A stretch of 49,762 nucleotides of DNA, from positions 1 to 49,762 of IMG/VR virus record IMGVR_UViG_3300042450_000301. One strand, 5' to 3'. The stretch's first letter is position 1; every line of letters starts with the position of its first letter. The notes under the pieces were generated by a model, which searched no databases, was not told the origin of the DNA, and was given only the letters and a program-made list of their open reading frames with translations. The translations under genes were made by a program, and so were the position numbers. Of this stretch, positions 7,086 through 15,890 are shown in pieces. The stretch comes from a virus (taxonomy: Duplodnaviria > Caudoviricetes).

Positions 7086-7936
7086 AAAAGTTATGCGTAG
7101 TTAATTTTTGGGAGGGAGCGTTTGATGGAGACTTCTTTGCCTTCTTTTTTCGTACATGTCTTGGGGACATTACTTATACTAATGATCCTCATAGTGCCGA
7201 TCTTGTTATTACTTCTGTTTTTGGAAATGTTCAGACTGATCCCAAAAAGACACTCGCATTCATTGGAGAAAATGTTAGACCAAATTTTTTAGGCTACGAT
7301 CATTCCCTTTCTTTTGATTGGGATTCTTATGGTGGCAGAAACCAGCGTCTTCCACTTTGGTACGCTCGGCTAGCTTGGGATGGTTTTGTTCAGGCCCCAC
7401 GCAAAGCAAATGCACACAATCATGGATACGAACCGCTTATTGAGATTGGTCCATTAACTTTGCCACGCAGACTTGATTGGGAATCCAAAAAGGAGTTTTG
7501 CGCCATGATTGCTGGCAATCCAGAGGGTCTTAGGGTTAACTTGTACAACTCTATATCTAAGTATAAACCCGTACATGGCTATGGAAATATGTTTGGCCGT
7601 GCATTACGTTCATCTAAGTTTGATGTATTAAAGGACTATAAGTTCTGCCTATGTCCTGAGAATTCAGTCTATGACGGCTATGTAACTGAGAAGTTATTAG
7701 ACGCTTATGCGGGCTGTACTATACCCATCTATAGCGGAACCATGTCGGTTGACTGCGACTTCCATGAAGGTGCTTATCTGAATTACATGAACACTAAAGA
7801 TATGGATTGGTTTCTTACAACCATTCAAGCTATTGATGATAGCGAAGAGATCTATGAGGATATGTACAATAGACCGCTCCTTTGGGAAGCGCCTAGTCTT
7901 GATAACGCAATTGCTTTTGTGCGGAGCATAGTTTAA
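7082..7936 (+). CDS. GT10 alpha-1,3-fucosyltransferase-like protein
   Basis: GENVRPNF..SLSFD..RLPLW (Helicobacter FucT-like) and YKFCLCPENS..GYVTEKL..A...TIPIY alpha3-FucT motif. Confidence 0.88.
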   Translation: MKKLCVVNFWEGAFDGDFFAFFFRTCLGDITYTNDPHSADLVITSVFGNVQTDPKKTLAFIGENVRPNFLGYDHSLSFDWDSYGGRNQRLPLWYARLAWDGFVQAPRKANAHNHGYEPLIEIGPLTLPRRLDWESKKEFCAMIAGNPEGLRVNLYNSISKYKPVHGYGNMFGRALRSSKFDVLKDYKFCLCPENSVYDGYVTEKLLDAYAGCTIPIYSGTMSVDCDFHEGAYLNYMNTKDMDWFLTTIQAIDDSEEIYEDMYNRPLLWEAPSLDNAIAFVRSIV

Positions 7937-8013
7937 TGACACAGTTTGAAGAGGAAGTTCTGAAGTTATTAAAACAAATCTTATTGGCATTAAGAAAGAA
8001 TCAAGATAAATGA
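7936..8013 (+). CDS. 25-aa peptide
   Basis: MTQFEEEVLKLLKQILLALRKNQDK; TAATG and ATGA coupling to both neighbours. Confidence 0.5.
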   Translation: MTQFEEEVLKLLKQILLALRKNQDK

Positions 8014-8732
8014 ATCAATTAAACGATCTATTGGTGTCCCTTTATCCAGTTAAAACAAACTTTGAGCTGGTACGTATTGGCGGAAACAACGATGGCGGAT
8101 ATCTAATTCCAAACGATTTAGAGGGCATTACAGCCTGTTTCTCGCCTGGCGTTGATGTAACTGCCAGCTTTGAGAAAGATCTTCTTGAGCGTGGTATTAA
8201 GTCTCACCTTGCAGATGCATCAGTAGATGGGCCGCCAAATGGATTAGAGGTAGCATCCTTTACAAAAAAGTATTTAGACGGAGTCAATACTGAGGGCTAC
8301 ATGACTCTATCGGATTGGGTATTAAGTAATGCCTATTCTGGTGATGACTTGATTCTTCAGATGGATATTGAGGGTGCAGAATACGTAACGATATTAAGCA
8401 CACCATCGGAAGTATTGTGTAACTTTAGGATTATGGCAATTGAAATACACGATGTACAGAACTGGTTTAACAACCCTCTTGCTTGGGGTGTAGTTCAAAC
8501 TTTCTTTGAAAAACTATTACAAGACTTTTATGTAGTTCATAACCATCCAAACAATAACTGTCAATTCATTGATGTTAATGGATTGCTAATGCCCACGGTA
8601 TTTGAGCTAACCTTCTTACGCAAAGATCGCTCGCCAACCACAGGATTTTGCACAGAGTTTCCGCATCCACTAGATATGCCTAATGTCTTAGATAAACCAG
8701 ACCGCCCTTTACCAAAGGATATGTACAAATGA
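8010..8732 (+). CDS. FkbM/METTL24-like SAM methyltransferase
   Basis: RIGGNNDGGY, FSPGV..SFE, LQMDIEGAE, IEIH, HNHPNN motifs. Confidence 0.8.
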   Translation: MNQLNDLLVSLYPVKTNFELVRIGGNNDGGYLIPNDLEGITACFSPGVDVTASFEKDLLERGIKSHLADASVDGPPNGLEVASFTKKYLDGVNTEGYMTLSDWVLSNAYSGDDLILQMDIEGAEYVTILSTPSEVLCNFRIMAIEIHDVQNWFNNPLAWGVVQTFFEKLLQDFYVVHNHPNNNCQFIDVNGLLMPTVFELTFLRKDRSPTTGFCTEFPHPLDMPNVLDKPDRPLPKDMYK

Positions 8733-8827
8733 GAATTAAGTTGTTTGGAATACGGTTTATCTTGGAAGTAAAACGTTGGTATCCCTTATCTATAATTTAT
8801 GGCTATGTAGGAAAGGCAAAAAAATGA
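8729..8827 (+). CDS. 32-aa basic peptide
   Basis: MRIKLFGIRFILEVKRWYPLSIIYGYVGKAKK; ATGA overlaps at both ends. Confidence 0.45.
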   Translation: MRIKLFGIRFILEVKRWYPLSIIYGYVGKAKK

Positions 8828-9687
8828 AAGAGAAGTACGGCATTAAACACTTTGAAGGCCCAGTAATGGAGCTGACGACAATGATCGGCTGCCCATTGAT
8901 GTGTACCTTTTGCCCGCAAGAGAATCTTCGGGATAGCTACGGCGATAGTGAAAAGTATATGCAACCTAGAGACTTGGTAACAGTCCTTTCAAAGCTACCA
9001 AAAGACACTAGGATTGATTTCTCAGGGATGTCTGAGCCTTGGGCTAACCCCCACTGTACGGAGATGTTAGAGACCGTTCTATTCATGGGATTTAACATTG
9101 CCATATACAGTACTCTTTATGGAATGACGGATCCTGAGCGAGTCTGTAAGGTCTTAGAAGACCACCCCAACCAAGTAGATGTGATTATGCTTCACCTTCC
9201 TGATGCCAATGGCAATATGAAAGGGTGGAAGAATAGCGAGGAATGGCAACACGCTGCTGCGGTAATGTCACACACGAATGTTCCATGCGGCGTGGGCGCA
9301 ATGACTATGGATAGTTCAGGATTAGTACATCCAGAGCTTCAATCCATGATTGGTCGTCTTCCAGGCTGGCAAGGACATACACGGGCAGATAGTTTAGATA
9401 CTGAGCAAGTAGCCGGTCAAGCCATCAGCATTACTCCAATGAATACTTTCTCATTAACTTGTAGGAGTACCCCATTCTATGATCGAAACGTGCTGCTACC
9501 TAATGGTGATGTTGTGCTTTGCTGCATGGATTACAACCTTAAGCATATTATCGGCAATTTATTAACTCAAACTTATGAAGAGATCTTTCAGGGTAAACCC
9601 TTACTAGATCTAATTGAAATGAATGAAGAGCCTAAGTTTTCTAAATGCAGTATCTGCAAATCTTGTGAGAATGTGACCGCAATATGA
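8824..9687 (+). CDS. Radical SAM enzyme with SPASM/twitch domain
   Basis: CPLMCTFC (CxxxCxxC), FSGMSEP; C-terminal C..NGDVVLCCMD..IGNL..CSICKSC. Confidence 0.9.
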   Translation: MKEKYGIKHFEGPVMELTTMIGCPLMCTFCPQENLRDSYGDSEKYMQPRDLVTVLSKLPKDTRIDFSGMSEPWANPHCTEMLETVLFMGFNIAIYSTLYGMTDPERVCKVLEDHPNQVDVIMLHLPDANGNMKGWKNSEEWQHAAAVMSHTNVPCGVGAMTMDSSGLVHPELQSMIGRLPGWQGHTRADSLDTEQVAGQAISITPMNTFSLTCRSTPFYDRNVLLPNGDVVLCCMDYNLKHIIGNLLTQTYEEIFQGKPLLDLIEMNEEPKFSKCSICKSCENVTAI

Positions 9688-9824
9688 TTAAGTACTTATT
9701 ATTGATTTTATTGTTGGCTGGGTGTGGCAAAGCTGAGGTAACTGTAGAGCCATGCGACAACGTCATGAAGGGTGGATGCGTATACCAAAAATCAGGGGAA
9801 AGGTGCATAAGAACATGCGGGTAA
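9684..9824 (+). CDS. 46-aa Cys-rich lipoprotein (not in the ORF track)
   Basis: MIKYLLLILLLAG-C lipobox, then four more Cys; ATGA overlap with the radical SAM stop. Confidence 0.75.
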   Translation: MIKYLLLILLLAGCGKAEVTVEPCDNVMKGGCVYQKSGERCIRTCG

Positions 9825-10510
9825 TGGTAATCACCCCAACTACTGGGAAATCTACTGTAAATCAAGCGATTGAAAGTGTTGCTAATCAAACGATAGAAAC
9901 CGAGCATTTATTAGTTTTAGACGGGGGAACCGCAGAATTACAGTACAACTACATTGCAAAAGGTGAACACTTTCCAACAACAATAGTGTTGCCTGAGAAC
10001 GTAGGCGGTAACGGTTGGTATGGACACCGAGTCTATGCGGCGATGCCACTAATGGTAAACGCTGATTACATCCTGTTTTTAGATGAGGATAATTGGTTCG
10101 AACCAAATCATGTGGAAACCATGATTAATAAAATTAAATCTAAAGACCTAATGTGGGCCTATAGCTTGAGGAGAATATGTGATGAACGAGGACAATATGT
10201 TCTTGATGATGATTGCGAATCACTCGGTAGATACCCGACGTTTTACGATCATTTACTCAACTTTGTTGATACTAATTGCTATTGCTTTAGGCGTGATTAT
10301 TTGGTTAACGTGGCACATAGTTTCTACGGTCAATGGGGCGCAGACAGACCGTTCTATAAAGCTGCCGCATCAGGTTTGCCTGCCTTCGGATGCACAGGAG
10401 AGGCTACGGTTAATTACAGAGCGCCCGAAAGATTACTTAGCATGTTTAGAGAGGGCAACGAAGCTATGAAAAAAGCTTATGGTGAAGAACTTCCGTGGAG
10501 AAAGAAGTGA
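9815..10510 (+). CDS. GT2-family glycosyltransferase
   Basis: VMVITPT..QAIESVANQT, YILFLDEDNW DxD motif; start moved to MRVMV. Confidence 0.85.
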   Translation: MRVMVITPTTGKSTVNQAIESVANQTIETEHLLVLDGGTAELQYNYIAKGEHFPTTIVLPENVGGNGWYGHRVYAAMPLMVNADYILFLDEDNWFEPNHVETMINKIKSKDLMWAYSLRRICDERGQYVLDDDCESLGRYPTFYDHLLNFVDTNCYCFRRDYLVNVAHSFYGQWGADRPFYKAAASGLPAFGCTGEATVNYRAPERLLSMFREGNEAMKKAYGEELPWRKK

Positions 10511-10623
10511 GCTTTAAGGTCTACACGGAAGACGGCTGGCATATAGCCTGGTTCCATACAGTAGATCAAGCCATTCAATCAATGTTAAATAACCCAACAC
10601 ATTATTATCATAGGGAGCATTAA
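10507..10623 (+). CDS. 38-aa hypothetical
   Basis: GTGA overlap; MSFKVYTEDGWHIAWF... Confidence 0.5.
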   Translation: MSFKVYTEDGWHIAWFHTVDQAIQSMLNNPTHYYHREH

Positions 10624-10775
10624 TGGAAATCCAATTAGAAGTTACTAAAGAATATGAGGATGGATCTGCTGATGCAGTAGTTCATTTTGATAAAGAAGGA
10701 CTAGCCGTACTGGTTGAGGCTGGCATATTAAGTATACTTAAACAATATATTGACCAAAAGAAGGAATCAAAATGA
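10623..10775 (+). CDS. 50-aa hypothetical
   Basis: GGGAG RBS; MEIQLEVTKEYEDGSAD... Confidence 0.6.
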   Translation: MEIQLEVTKEYEDGSADAVVHFDKEGLAVLVEAGILSILKQYIDQKKESK

Positions 10776-11572
10776 GCTTTAAAAATGATAAGAAAATTGC
10801 ACCGTTTGTGCAACAACAGCAACCGCAGATGCTGGCTAAGTTATTTGTAGCTACGCCTATGTACGGAGGCATGTGTACTGGCCTATATGCTTCAGCAGTT
10901 ATGCAATCAGTAGGTGTTATGGGCGCCAACCGCATTCAGATGTACTACTCATTTATGATGAACGAGTCACTGATTACTCGTGCAAGAAACAGCATGGCAT
11001 ATGATTTTATAAAGTCTGATGCTACTCATTTAATGTTTATTGATGCTGACATTGGATTTAATCCACAAGACATCCCCCGCATGATACAAGCAGATAAAGA
11101 CATCATCTGTGGAATCTATCCAAAGAAAGAGATCAACTGGGTACAAGTAACTGAGGCCGTAAAAGCTGGAGTTCCACCAGACCAACTCAGCCAGCACACC
11201 GGCGCATTTGTTCTTAATCTTCCATCAGGTATATCCAGCACAACAGGGAACATCAACGAACCTATTGAGATTGCTAATGGCGGAACAGGATTTATGCTGA
11301 TTAAACGAGAAGTGTTTGATAGGCTAAATGATAGGGTTCCTAGCTACACTAACGATATGTACCATGCGGTAGATACTGTTCGCGAAGTTAAGGTTATTAA
11401 AGAATTCTTTGCAACCAGTATTGATGAAGAGTCTAACCGTTTGCTTTCAGAAGATTATCATTTTTGTAAAATAGCTCGTGAAGCTGGATTTAAAGTATGG
11501 TGCGCTCCCTGGGCAAGCTTTAGTCATACTGGATCTTATAACTTCTCAGGAACATTGCCGAGAAGTGCATGA
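10772..11572 (+). CDS. GT-A-fold glycosyltransferase-like protein
   Basis: FVATPMYGG, NESLITRARN, HLMFIDADI, GTGFMLIKR, SEDYHFC. Confidence 0.8.
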   Translation: MSFKNDKKIAPFVQQQQPQMLAKLFVATPMYGGMCTGLYASAVMQSVGVMGANRIQMYYSFMMNESLITRARNSMAYDFIKSDATHLMFIDADIGFNPQDIPRMIQADKDIICGIYPKKEINWVQVTEAVKAGVPPDQLSQHTGAFVLNLPSGISSTTGNINEPIEIANGGTGFMLIKREVFDRLNDRVPSYTNDMYHAVDTVREVKVIKEFFATSIDEESNRLLSEDYHFCKIAREAGFKVWCAPWASFSHTGSYNFSGTLPRSA

Positions 11573-11778
11573 TAAAATGGCTTGGTACGATACTTTGCTT
11601 GTGTGGTATTTTTCTTACAAGCTTTAATGTTTATCCATTAAATATCGTACTAAGTATTATTGGTAGTACACTATGGACAGCAGCGGGAATTATCCAAAGA
11701 GATATGCCGTTGTTCCTAGTAGAGGCAGTAGCAGTATTATTTTATTTAGCAGGACTAATCACATACATGAGGATGTAA
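11569..11778 (+). CDS. small 3-TM membrane protein
   Basis: Three hydrophobic stretches, IKWLGT..YPLN. Confidence 0.75.
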   Translation: MIKWLGTILCLCGIFLTSFNVYPLNIVLSIIGSTLWTAAGIIQRDMPLFLVEAVAVLFYLAGLITYMRM

Positions 11779-12068
11779 TGAGGAAAATACTTTTAACAGC
11801 ATGTCTGTTTAGTGGCTTGGCGTCAGCTCAAACTACTAACTGGGACAACAGTTCATACAACTGGAAAAACAGCGAATTTAATTACAACAATAGTTCTACC
11901 AAATGGGATAACAATCCTTCTAACTGGAAGAACAGTGAGTTTAATTACAACTCAAATACTGGGGTTTACGATAATAGCGGTAACCGTATTGGCTATGAAA
12001 CAATAGCTCCAAGCGGCACAAAAAATTATTATGATAACGACGGAAACCGTCGCGCATACAGTAGATAA
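11778..12068 (+). CDS. Secreted protein with Asn/aromatic 7-aa repeats
   Basis: Signal peptide ending ASA; NWDNSSY/NWKNSEF/NYNNSST/KWDNNPS/NWKNSEF/NYNSNTG. Confidence 0.8.
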   Translation: MRKILLTACLFSGLASAQTTNWDNSSYNWKNSEFNYNNSSTKWDNNPSNWKNSEFNYNSNTGVYDNSGNRIGYETIAPSGTKNYYDNDGNRRAYSR

Positions 12069-12077
12069 GAGGAAGCA

Positions 12078-12245
12078 ATGATTGATTACGCAGAAAAATT
12101 ATTGGCTATTGCCAAGAACTATAAGAATATTGCAACACTATTGATTACGCGGGATAAAAAGTCAACTGTTGATGAGATCAACGACCTAATCATTAATGCA
12201 ATTGAATTGAAACAATGGGTAATAAAAAAAAATGAAAATAACTAA
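12078..12245 (+). CDS. 55-aa hypothetical
   Basis: GAGGA RBS; MIDYAEKLLAIAKNY... Confidence 0.6.
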   Translation: MIDYAEKLLAIAKNYKNIATLLITRDKKSTVDEINDLIINAIELKQWVIKKNENN

Positions 12246-13104
12246 TAACTTTAATTTGCCTGATGCGATTGTTCGCCTGGCACAAAAGCCTTCCTACTCA
12301 AAAGGTAAAGCCCATCTATCTGTTACCGAGATGATGAACAGCCCTAAGATTTCTATCTTACGTAAGAAGCATGAGAACGAGATCGAGGTGGATGTATCTA
12401 CCTTGGTGTTCTCTATGTTTGGTACGGCTTTCCACAATATGTTGGAGCAGCATCCTGGCCCTGATGATGTGGTTGAAGAACGCCTTTATGCTGAGATTGA
12501 TGGATGGCATGTCTCCGGCGCGATTGATGTACAAACAATTACAGCAGACGGCATTGAGATCACTGACTGGAAAACGGTTGGTGCCTGGGCAGTACAAAAT
12601 CCTAAACCTGAATGGGAGCAGCAATTAAATGTATACGCATGGTTGGTTGAACGCCTTAAAGCAACTCCAGTTACGAAGCTTAGTATCGTTGCCATTATTA
12701 AAGACTTCAGTCAACGAGAGTCGCAAACTCGTGCTAACTACCCATCAAGTAGCATTATCACAATTGATATTCCTTTATGGAGTATGGAGCGACGTGAAGC
12801 GTACATCCGTGAACGCATTCATGCACACTCCGAGGCCCTATTCGCAGAAGAAACTGGAGCAGTCTTACCGCCCTGTACGTCTGAAGAAATGTGGGAAAAA
12901 GAAACCGTCTACGCACTTAAAAAAGACGGAGCAGTAAGAGCTAAATCTTTACATAACAGTTTAGAAGAAGCTGAAGAAGCGCTGGGAGCAGCGGGCAAAG
13001 GATTCTTTATTGAGACCCGTCCAGGAGAAAGGACAAGATGCGCAAGCTATTGTCAGGTTAGTCAGTTTTGTAAGCAATATCAAACATACTTAGAGGAGAA
13101 TTAA
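12232..13104 (+). CDS. PD-(D/E)xK Cas4/RecB-like exonuclease
   Basis: GTAFH, GAIDV..ITDWKT, QLNVY; C-terminal Cys cluster (C..RCASYC..FC). Confidence 0.85.
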   Translation: MKITNNFNLPDAIVRLAQKPSYSKGKAHLSVTEMMNSPKISILRKKHENEIEVDVSTLVFSMFGTAFHNMLEQHPGPDDVVEERLYAEIDGWHVSGAIDVQTITADGIEITDWKTVGAWAVQNPKPEWEQQLNVYAWLVERLKATPVTKLSIVAIIKDFSQRESQTRANYPSSSIITIDIPLWSMERREAYIRERIHAHSEALFAEETGAVLPPCTSEEMWEKETVYALKKDGAVRAKSLHNSLEEAEEALGAAGKGFFIETRPGERTRCASYCQVSQFCKQYQTYLEEN

Positions 13105-13106
13105 AT

Positions 13107-13310
13107 ATGAGTAATTACATGGCAACAATCATGTTGGCATTAGAAAAGGGAAACCTTCAAGGTGGACTATTAATGCCACAAATAGCCCACGATAGTTGGT
13201 GCAAGTTTAACAAGGGCAAGGAATGCAATTGTCATCCAGAAATTTCAGTGGAAACGGATGATGGTCTTATTTTTTTAAACGCCGATGGCAGTATCAAAAA
13301 AAAGATATAG
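13107..13310 (+). CDS. hypothetical, possibly metal-binding (HxxxC..CxC)
   Basis: GAGGAG RBS; HDSWC..CNCHP. Confidence 0.65.
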   Translation: MSNYMATIMLALEKGNLQGGLLMPQIAHDSWCKFNKGKECNCHPEISVETDDGLIFLNADGSIKKKI

Positions 13311-13319
13311 GAGATAAAA

Positions 13320-13535
13320 ATGTTTAGTCAAATGAAAGAAGCTTTTGAGCGTGAGTTTATTGGAAAACAAAAGAATGATTGGTATCCAGTAAGCGAGTCT
13401 ATCTATCACGGTCGTATGTCCGATGCAGAGGTTGAGGCAATGCGGGCAAGGAATGAAGAGGCTATTAAAAAGTGTATTAAAGACATGGGTAAGAAGTGGA
13501 TTTTGCACCCATCTCATAAGGTAACCCGTCTATGA
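13320..13535 (+). CDS. hypothetical protein
   Basis: AGGAG RBS; ..MGKKWILHP. Confidence 0.7.
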   Translation: MFSQMKEAFEREFIGKQKNDWYPVSESIYHGRMSDAEVEAMRARNEEAIKKCIKDMGKKWILHPSHKVTRL

Positions 13536-13750
13536 GCGCAAATGATGGTCAAGTTGGTGGAACGCATTACAAAGATAAAGCAATCCAGCCATGGGATTAC
13601 ATTGTTGCTAACGACCTTGGGTACCTAGAGGGAAACATTGTGAAATACATTTCTCGCTGGAGATCTAAGGGCGGCATTGATGATCTACGCAAGGTACTGC
13701 ATTACACACAGAAGTTAATTGAAGTAGCAACTAAAGAGGAATCAAGATGA
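13532..13750 (+). CDS. DUF3310-like protein (T7 gp1.7 nucleotide kinase-related)
   Basis: QVGGTHY..IQPWDYI..GNIVKYISR..KGGIDDLRK. Confidence 0.85.
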   Translation: MSANDGQVGGTHYKDKAIQPWDYIVANDLGYLEGNIVKYISRWRSKGGIDDLRKVLHYTQKLIEVATKEESR

Positions 13751-14475
13751 GTGTTTATAAGAAGTTACAAGATGCCCGTATCAAGCTACAGAATACGGAA
13801 CTAAAGAAGTCTGGCCATAACAAGTTTGCTGGATACAAGTACTTTGAATTGGGTGATTTCTTGCCAGCTATTCAAAAGATTTGCGCTGAGATGAATCTAT
13901 GCGGTGTTGTATCGTTTGACCACAACATGGCTTTCCTGCAGATCAATGACACAGAGGACGGTACTTCGGTGATGTTTACCTCACCTATGTCTAGCGCTGC
14001 TTTAAAGGGCTGCCATGACGTTCAGAATCTAGGCGCAGTACAAACCTACCTCCGTCGCTATCTGTGGGTTAACGCCTTTGAAATCGTGGAGCATGACGCC
14101 ATTGAACCGGTAACTAACCCAAACGAGGCTCCAGCAAAAAAGCCTGAGCCAGTAGTAGCCAAGCCGGTGCCGCTACCTACTGGTGAAATTAAATCTACCC
14201 CTCTAGTTGATAGCGTTAAGGTTGGGAAGAAGGATTTACCAGGCGAATGGACGTTAAAGCCTATTAGCGATAAAGGCACCGCAGATGCATGGCTTGGAGG
14301 ACTAAAGGTCGGCACAGAGGCTTTGTTACAAATGGCAACTAAGCCCGATGATGTGGCCAATATCTTTAAAGTTAACCGCTCACTGTTTGACCGAGCAAAA
14401 GAATTAGATCCTGCATTATATGCAGAACTGATGACCAGTTTTACCACAACCAAAAAATCTTTACTAAAGGAGTAA
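13747..14475 (+). CDS. erf: ERF-family ssDNA annealing protein
   Basis: KSGHNKFAGYKYFEL..QNLGAVQTYLRRY. Confidence 0.88.
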   Translation: MSVYKKLQDARIKLQNTELKKSGHNKFAGYKYFELGDFLPAIQKICAEMNLCGVVSFDHNMAFLQINDTEDGTSVMFTSPMSSAALKGCHDVQNLGAVQTYLRRYLWVNAFEIVEHDAIEPVTNPNEAPAKKPEPVVAKPVPLPTGEIKSTPLVDSVKVGKKDLPGEWTLKPISDKGTADAWLGGLKVGTEALLQMATKPDDVANIFKVNRSLFDRAKELDPALYAELMTSFTTTKKSLLKE

Positions 14476-14479
14476 TACC

Positions 14480-14752
14480 ATGGATTATTTAAACAGAGGC
14501 GCATTATTTACATCATCACAACGCAAGTCTGAAAAGGCTCCAGAGTTCTTTGGCAGCATCAAGCTTGACCGTGCTTACATCAAAGACCTTCTTTCTAAGA
14601 CAGACGAAGACGGTATTGAAGTGAAGTTGTCAGGATGGAAAAAGCCAACCAAGACCGGCGGCACATTCCTGTCCTTGGCTGTAGATACATTTGTTAAAAC
14701 CGGAGCTGTACCATCAGCAGCACCATCAGAGGAGCGTGATCCATGGGCATAA
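14480..14752 (+). CDS. putative single-stranded DNA-binding protein
   Basis: GALF..KAPEFFG..LSGWKK..FLSL and acidic/aromatic tail (EERDPWA); follows erf. Confidence 0.65.
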   Translation: MDYLNRGALFTSSQRKSEKAPEFFGSIKLDRAYIKDLLSKTDEDGIEVKLSGWKKPTKTGGTFLSLAVDTFVKTGAVPSAAPSEERDPWA

Positions 14753-15033
14753 CTAAAAAGGCAACGATAGTTGTTAAAAAGGCAACTAAAAAGCGGGGCC
14801 GTCCAGCAGGTTCTAAGAATAAAGCTACGTTATTAAGTAGTACTGGATGGGTACCGCCAACACCAGTTGATTACAAAAAGCTTTTAGATGAAACCCAGCA
14901 TGCATTAGCCGTTGAGATGAGAACCAATCAGGCTCTTCAAAAGTTGTTTGATGATCTTAAAGCTAAAGTAACTTTAGATAAAGATGTTTCATTATGGATT
15001 CGTATTAAGTTTCTAGTAACAGGAAGGCTGTAA
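14743..15033 (+). CDS. AT-hook-containing protein
   Basis: KKRGRPAGSKNK followed by a coiled coil. Confidence 0.65.
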   Translation: MGITKKATIVVKKATKKRGRPAGSKNKATLLSSTGWVPPTPVDYKKLLDETQHALAVEMRTNQALQKLFDDLKAKVTLDKDVSLWIRIKFLVTGRL

Positions 15034-15446
15034 TGGAAACTAGTCAGTTTGAAGGCAAGAAGGTCGCTCTCAAGCAGACTAAGGATGGCCATGTGCTTAC
15101 CATATCTATTCACCCTGACGAGATCCCAGAGGAAATTCTACGGGATTTTGTAGGGGCCAGGTATATGGTGGTCATGGTCAGACTGGCTGATACTGAGGTT
15201 CCATTTAATCGTGAAGAGTTTACTGGCGCTAAGTTTGTTAAAGCCGCCGGGATGATTTGCCGCGATAAACAGTTTTGGAATTTCTTGTATGAGGAAGGTC
15301 ACATCTTTACCAAGAATGAGATGGAAACAACTGAATGGTTATACGACTATTTAAACATCCCATCCAGGGCAGATTTAAAGACTAACCGAGAAGCTCAAGC
15401 TCTGTTTGAGAAAATTAATGAGGAGTTTAAACAATGGAAAAATTAA
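15033..15446 (+). CDS. conserved phage hypothetical
   Basis: TAATG coupling; AGMICRD..FW..SRADL. Confidence 0.75.
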   Translation: METSQFEGKKVALKQTKDGHVLTISIHPDEIPEEILRDFVGARYMVVMVRLADTEVPFNREEFTGAKFVKAAGMICRDKQFWNFLYEEGHIFTKNEMETTEWLYDYLNIPSRADLKTNREAQALFEKINEEFKQWKN

Positions 15447-15715
15447 TTCCATATAGCCTGTATTTACCGGCTGAAGATGTAAACAAGTTGCGTCAAATGG
15501 CTAAGACACGTAGAGCTGCATCCTTCGTTCGAGATGCCGTATCGTCTGCTTTTGAAAGCCGAGACCATTACACCAGCGGGTACAACAAGGGTTTAAGAGA
15601 TGCCTGTAGTGTAATAAAAGATTCCAAAGAAGCGTCCATGATTGCTGTACATGGTAGGGATTTGAACTCCATTCTTATTGAACAAATTCAAATGTTAGAA
15701 GACAATGGACAATAA
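15434..15715 (+). CDS. ribbon-helix-helix-like protein
   Basis: YSLYLPAEDVNKLRQMA..ASFVRDAV. Confidence 0.65.
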   Translation: MEKLIPYSLYLPAEDVNKLRQMAKTRRAASFVRDAVSSAFESRDHYTSGYNKGLRDACSVIKDSKEASMIAVHGRDLNSILIEQIQMLEDNGQ

Positions 15716-15890
15716 AGATAAACAACATATGCGTTTCCTGGCGGCATGCTTTGCGCTAGTTAACTGTGGAAACCCCGCCGGAGCAGTCAAACTGGCAGAT
15801 GAATTAATGGAAGAGCTTGAAAATGAAAAGACTGTTACTGGCGGCATTGTTGACATTGTCCCTAAACGTAAACGCAGCCGTAGTAGCTGA
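15705..15890 (+). CDS. hypothetical protein
   Basis: Overlapping operon ORF; AVKLADELMEEL. Confidence 0.65.
   Translation: MDNKDKQHMRFLAACFALVNCGNPAGAVKLADELMEELENEKTVTGGIVDIVPKRKRSRSS

Noticed and set aside
7082-11572. DNA hypermodification as the main role of the GT cluster
   Set aside because: Down-weighted, not excluded: no base-hydroxylating or hydroxymethylating enzyme or phage DNA polymerase in the window; the rest of the genome is unseen
12224-12232. A9 run as a phase-variation or frameshift site
   Set aside because: Both overlapping ORFs are intact; slippage cannot be shown from one sequence
12232-13104. Cas4-like gene as a sign of CRISPR-Cas
   Set aside because: No repeat-spacer array or other cas genes; it sits with erf and ssb as a recombination exonuclease
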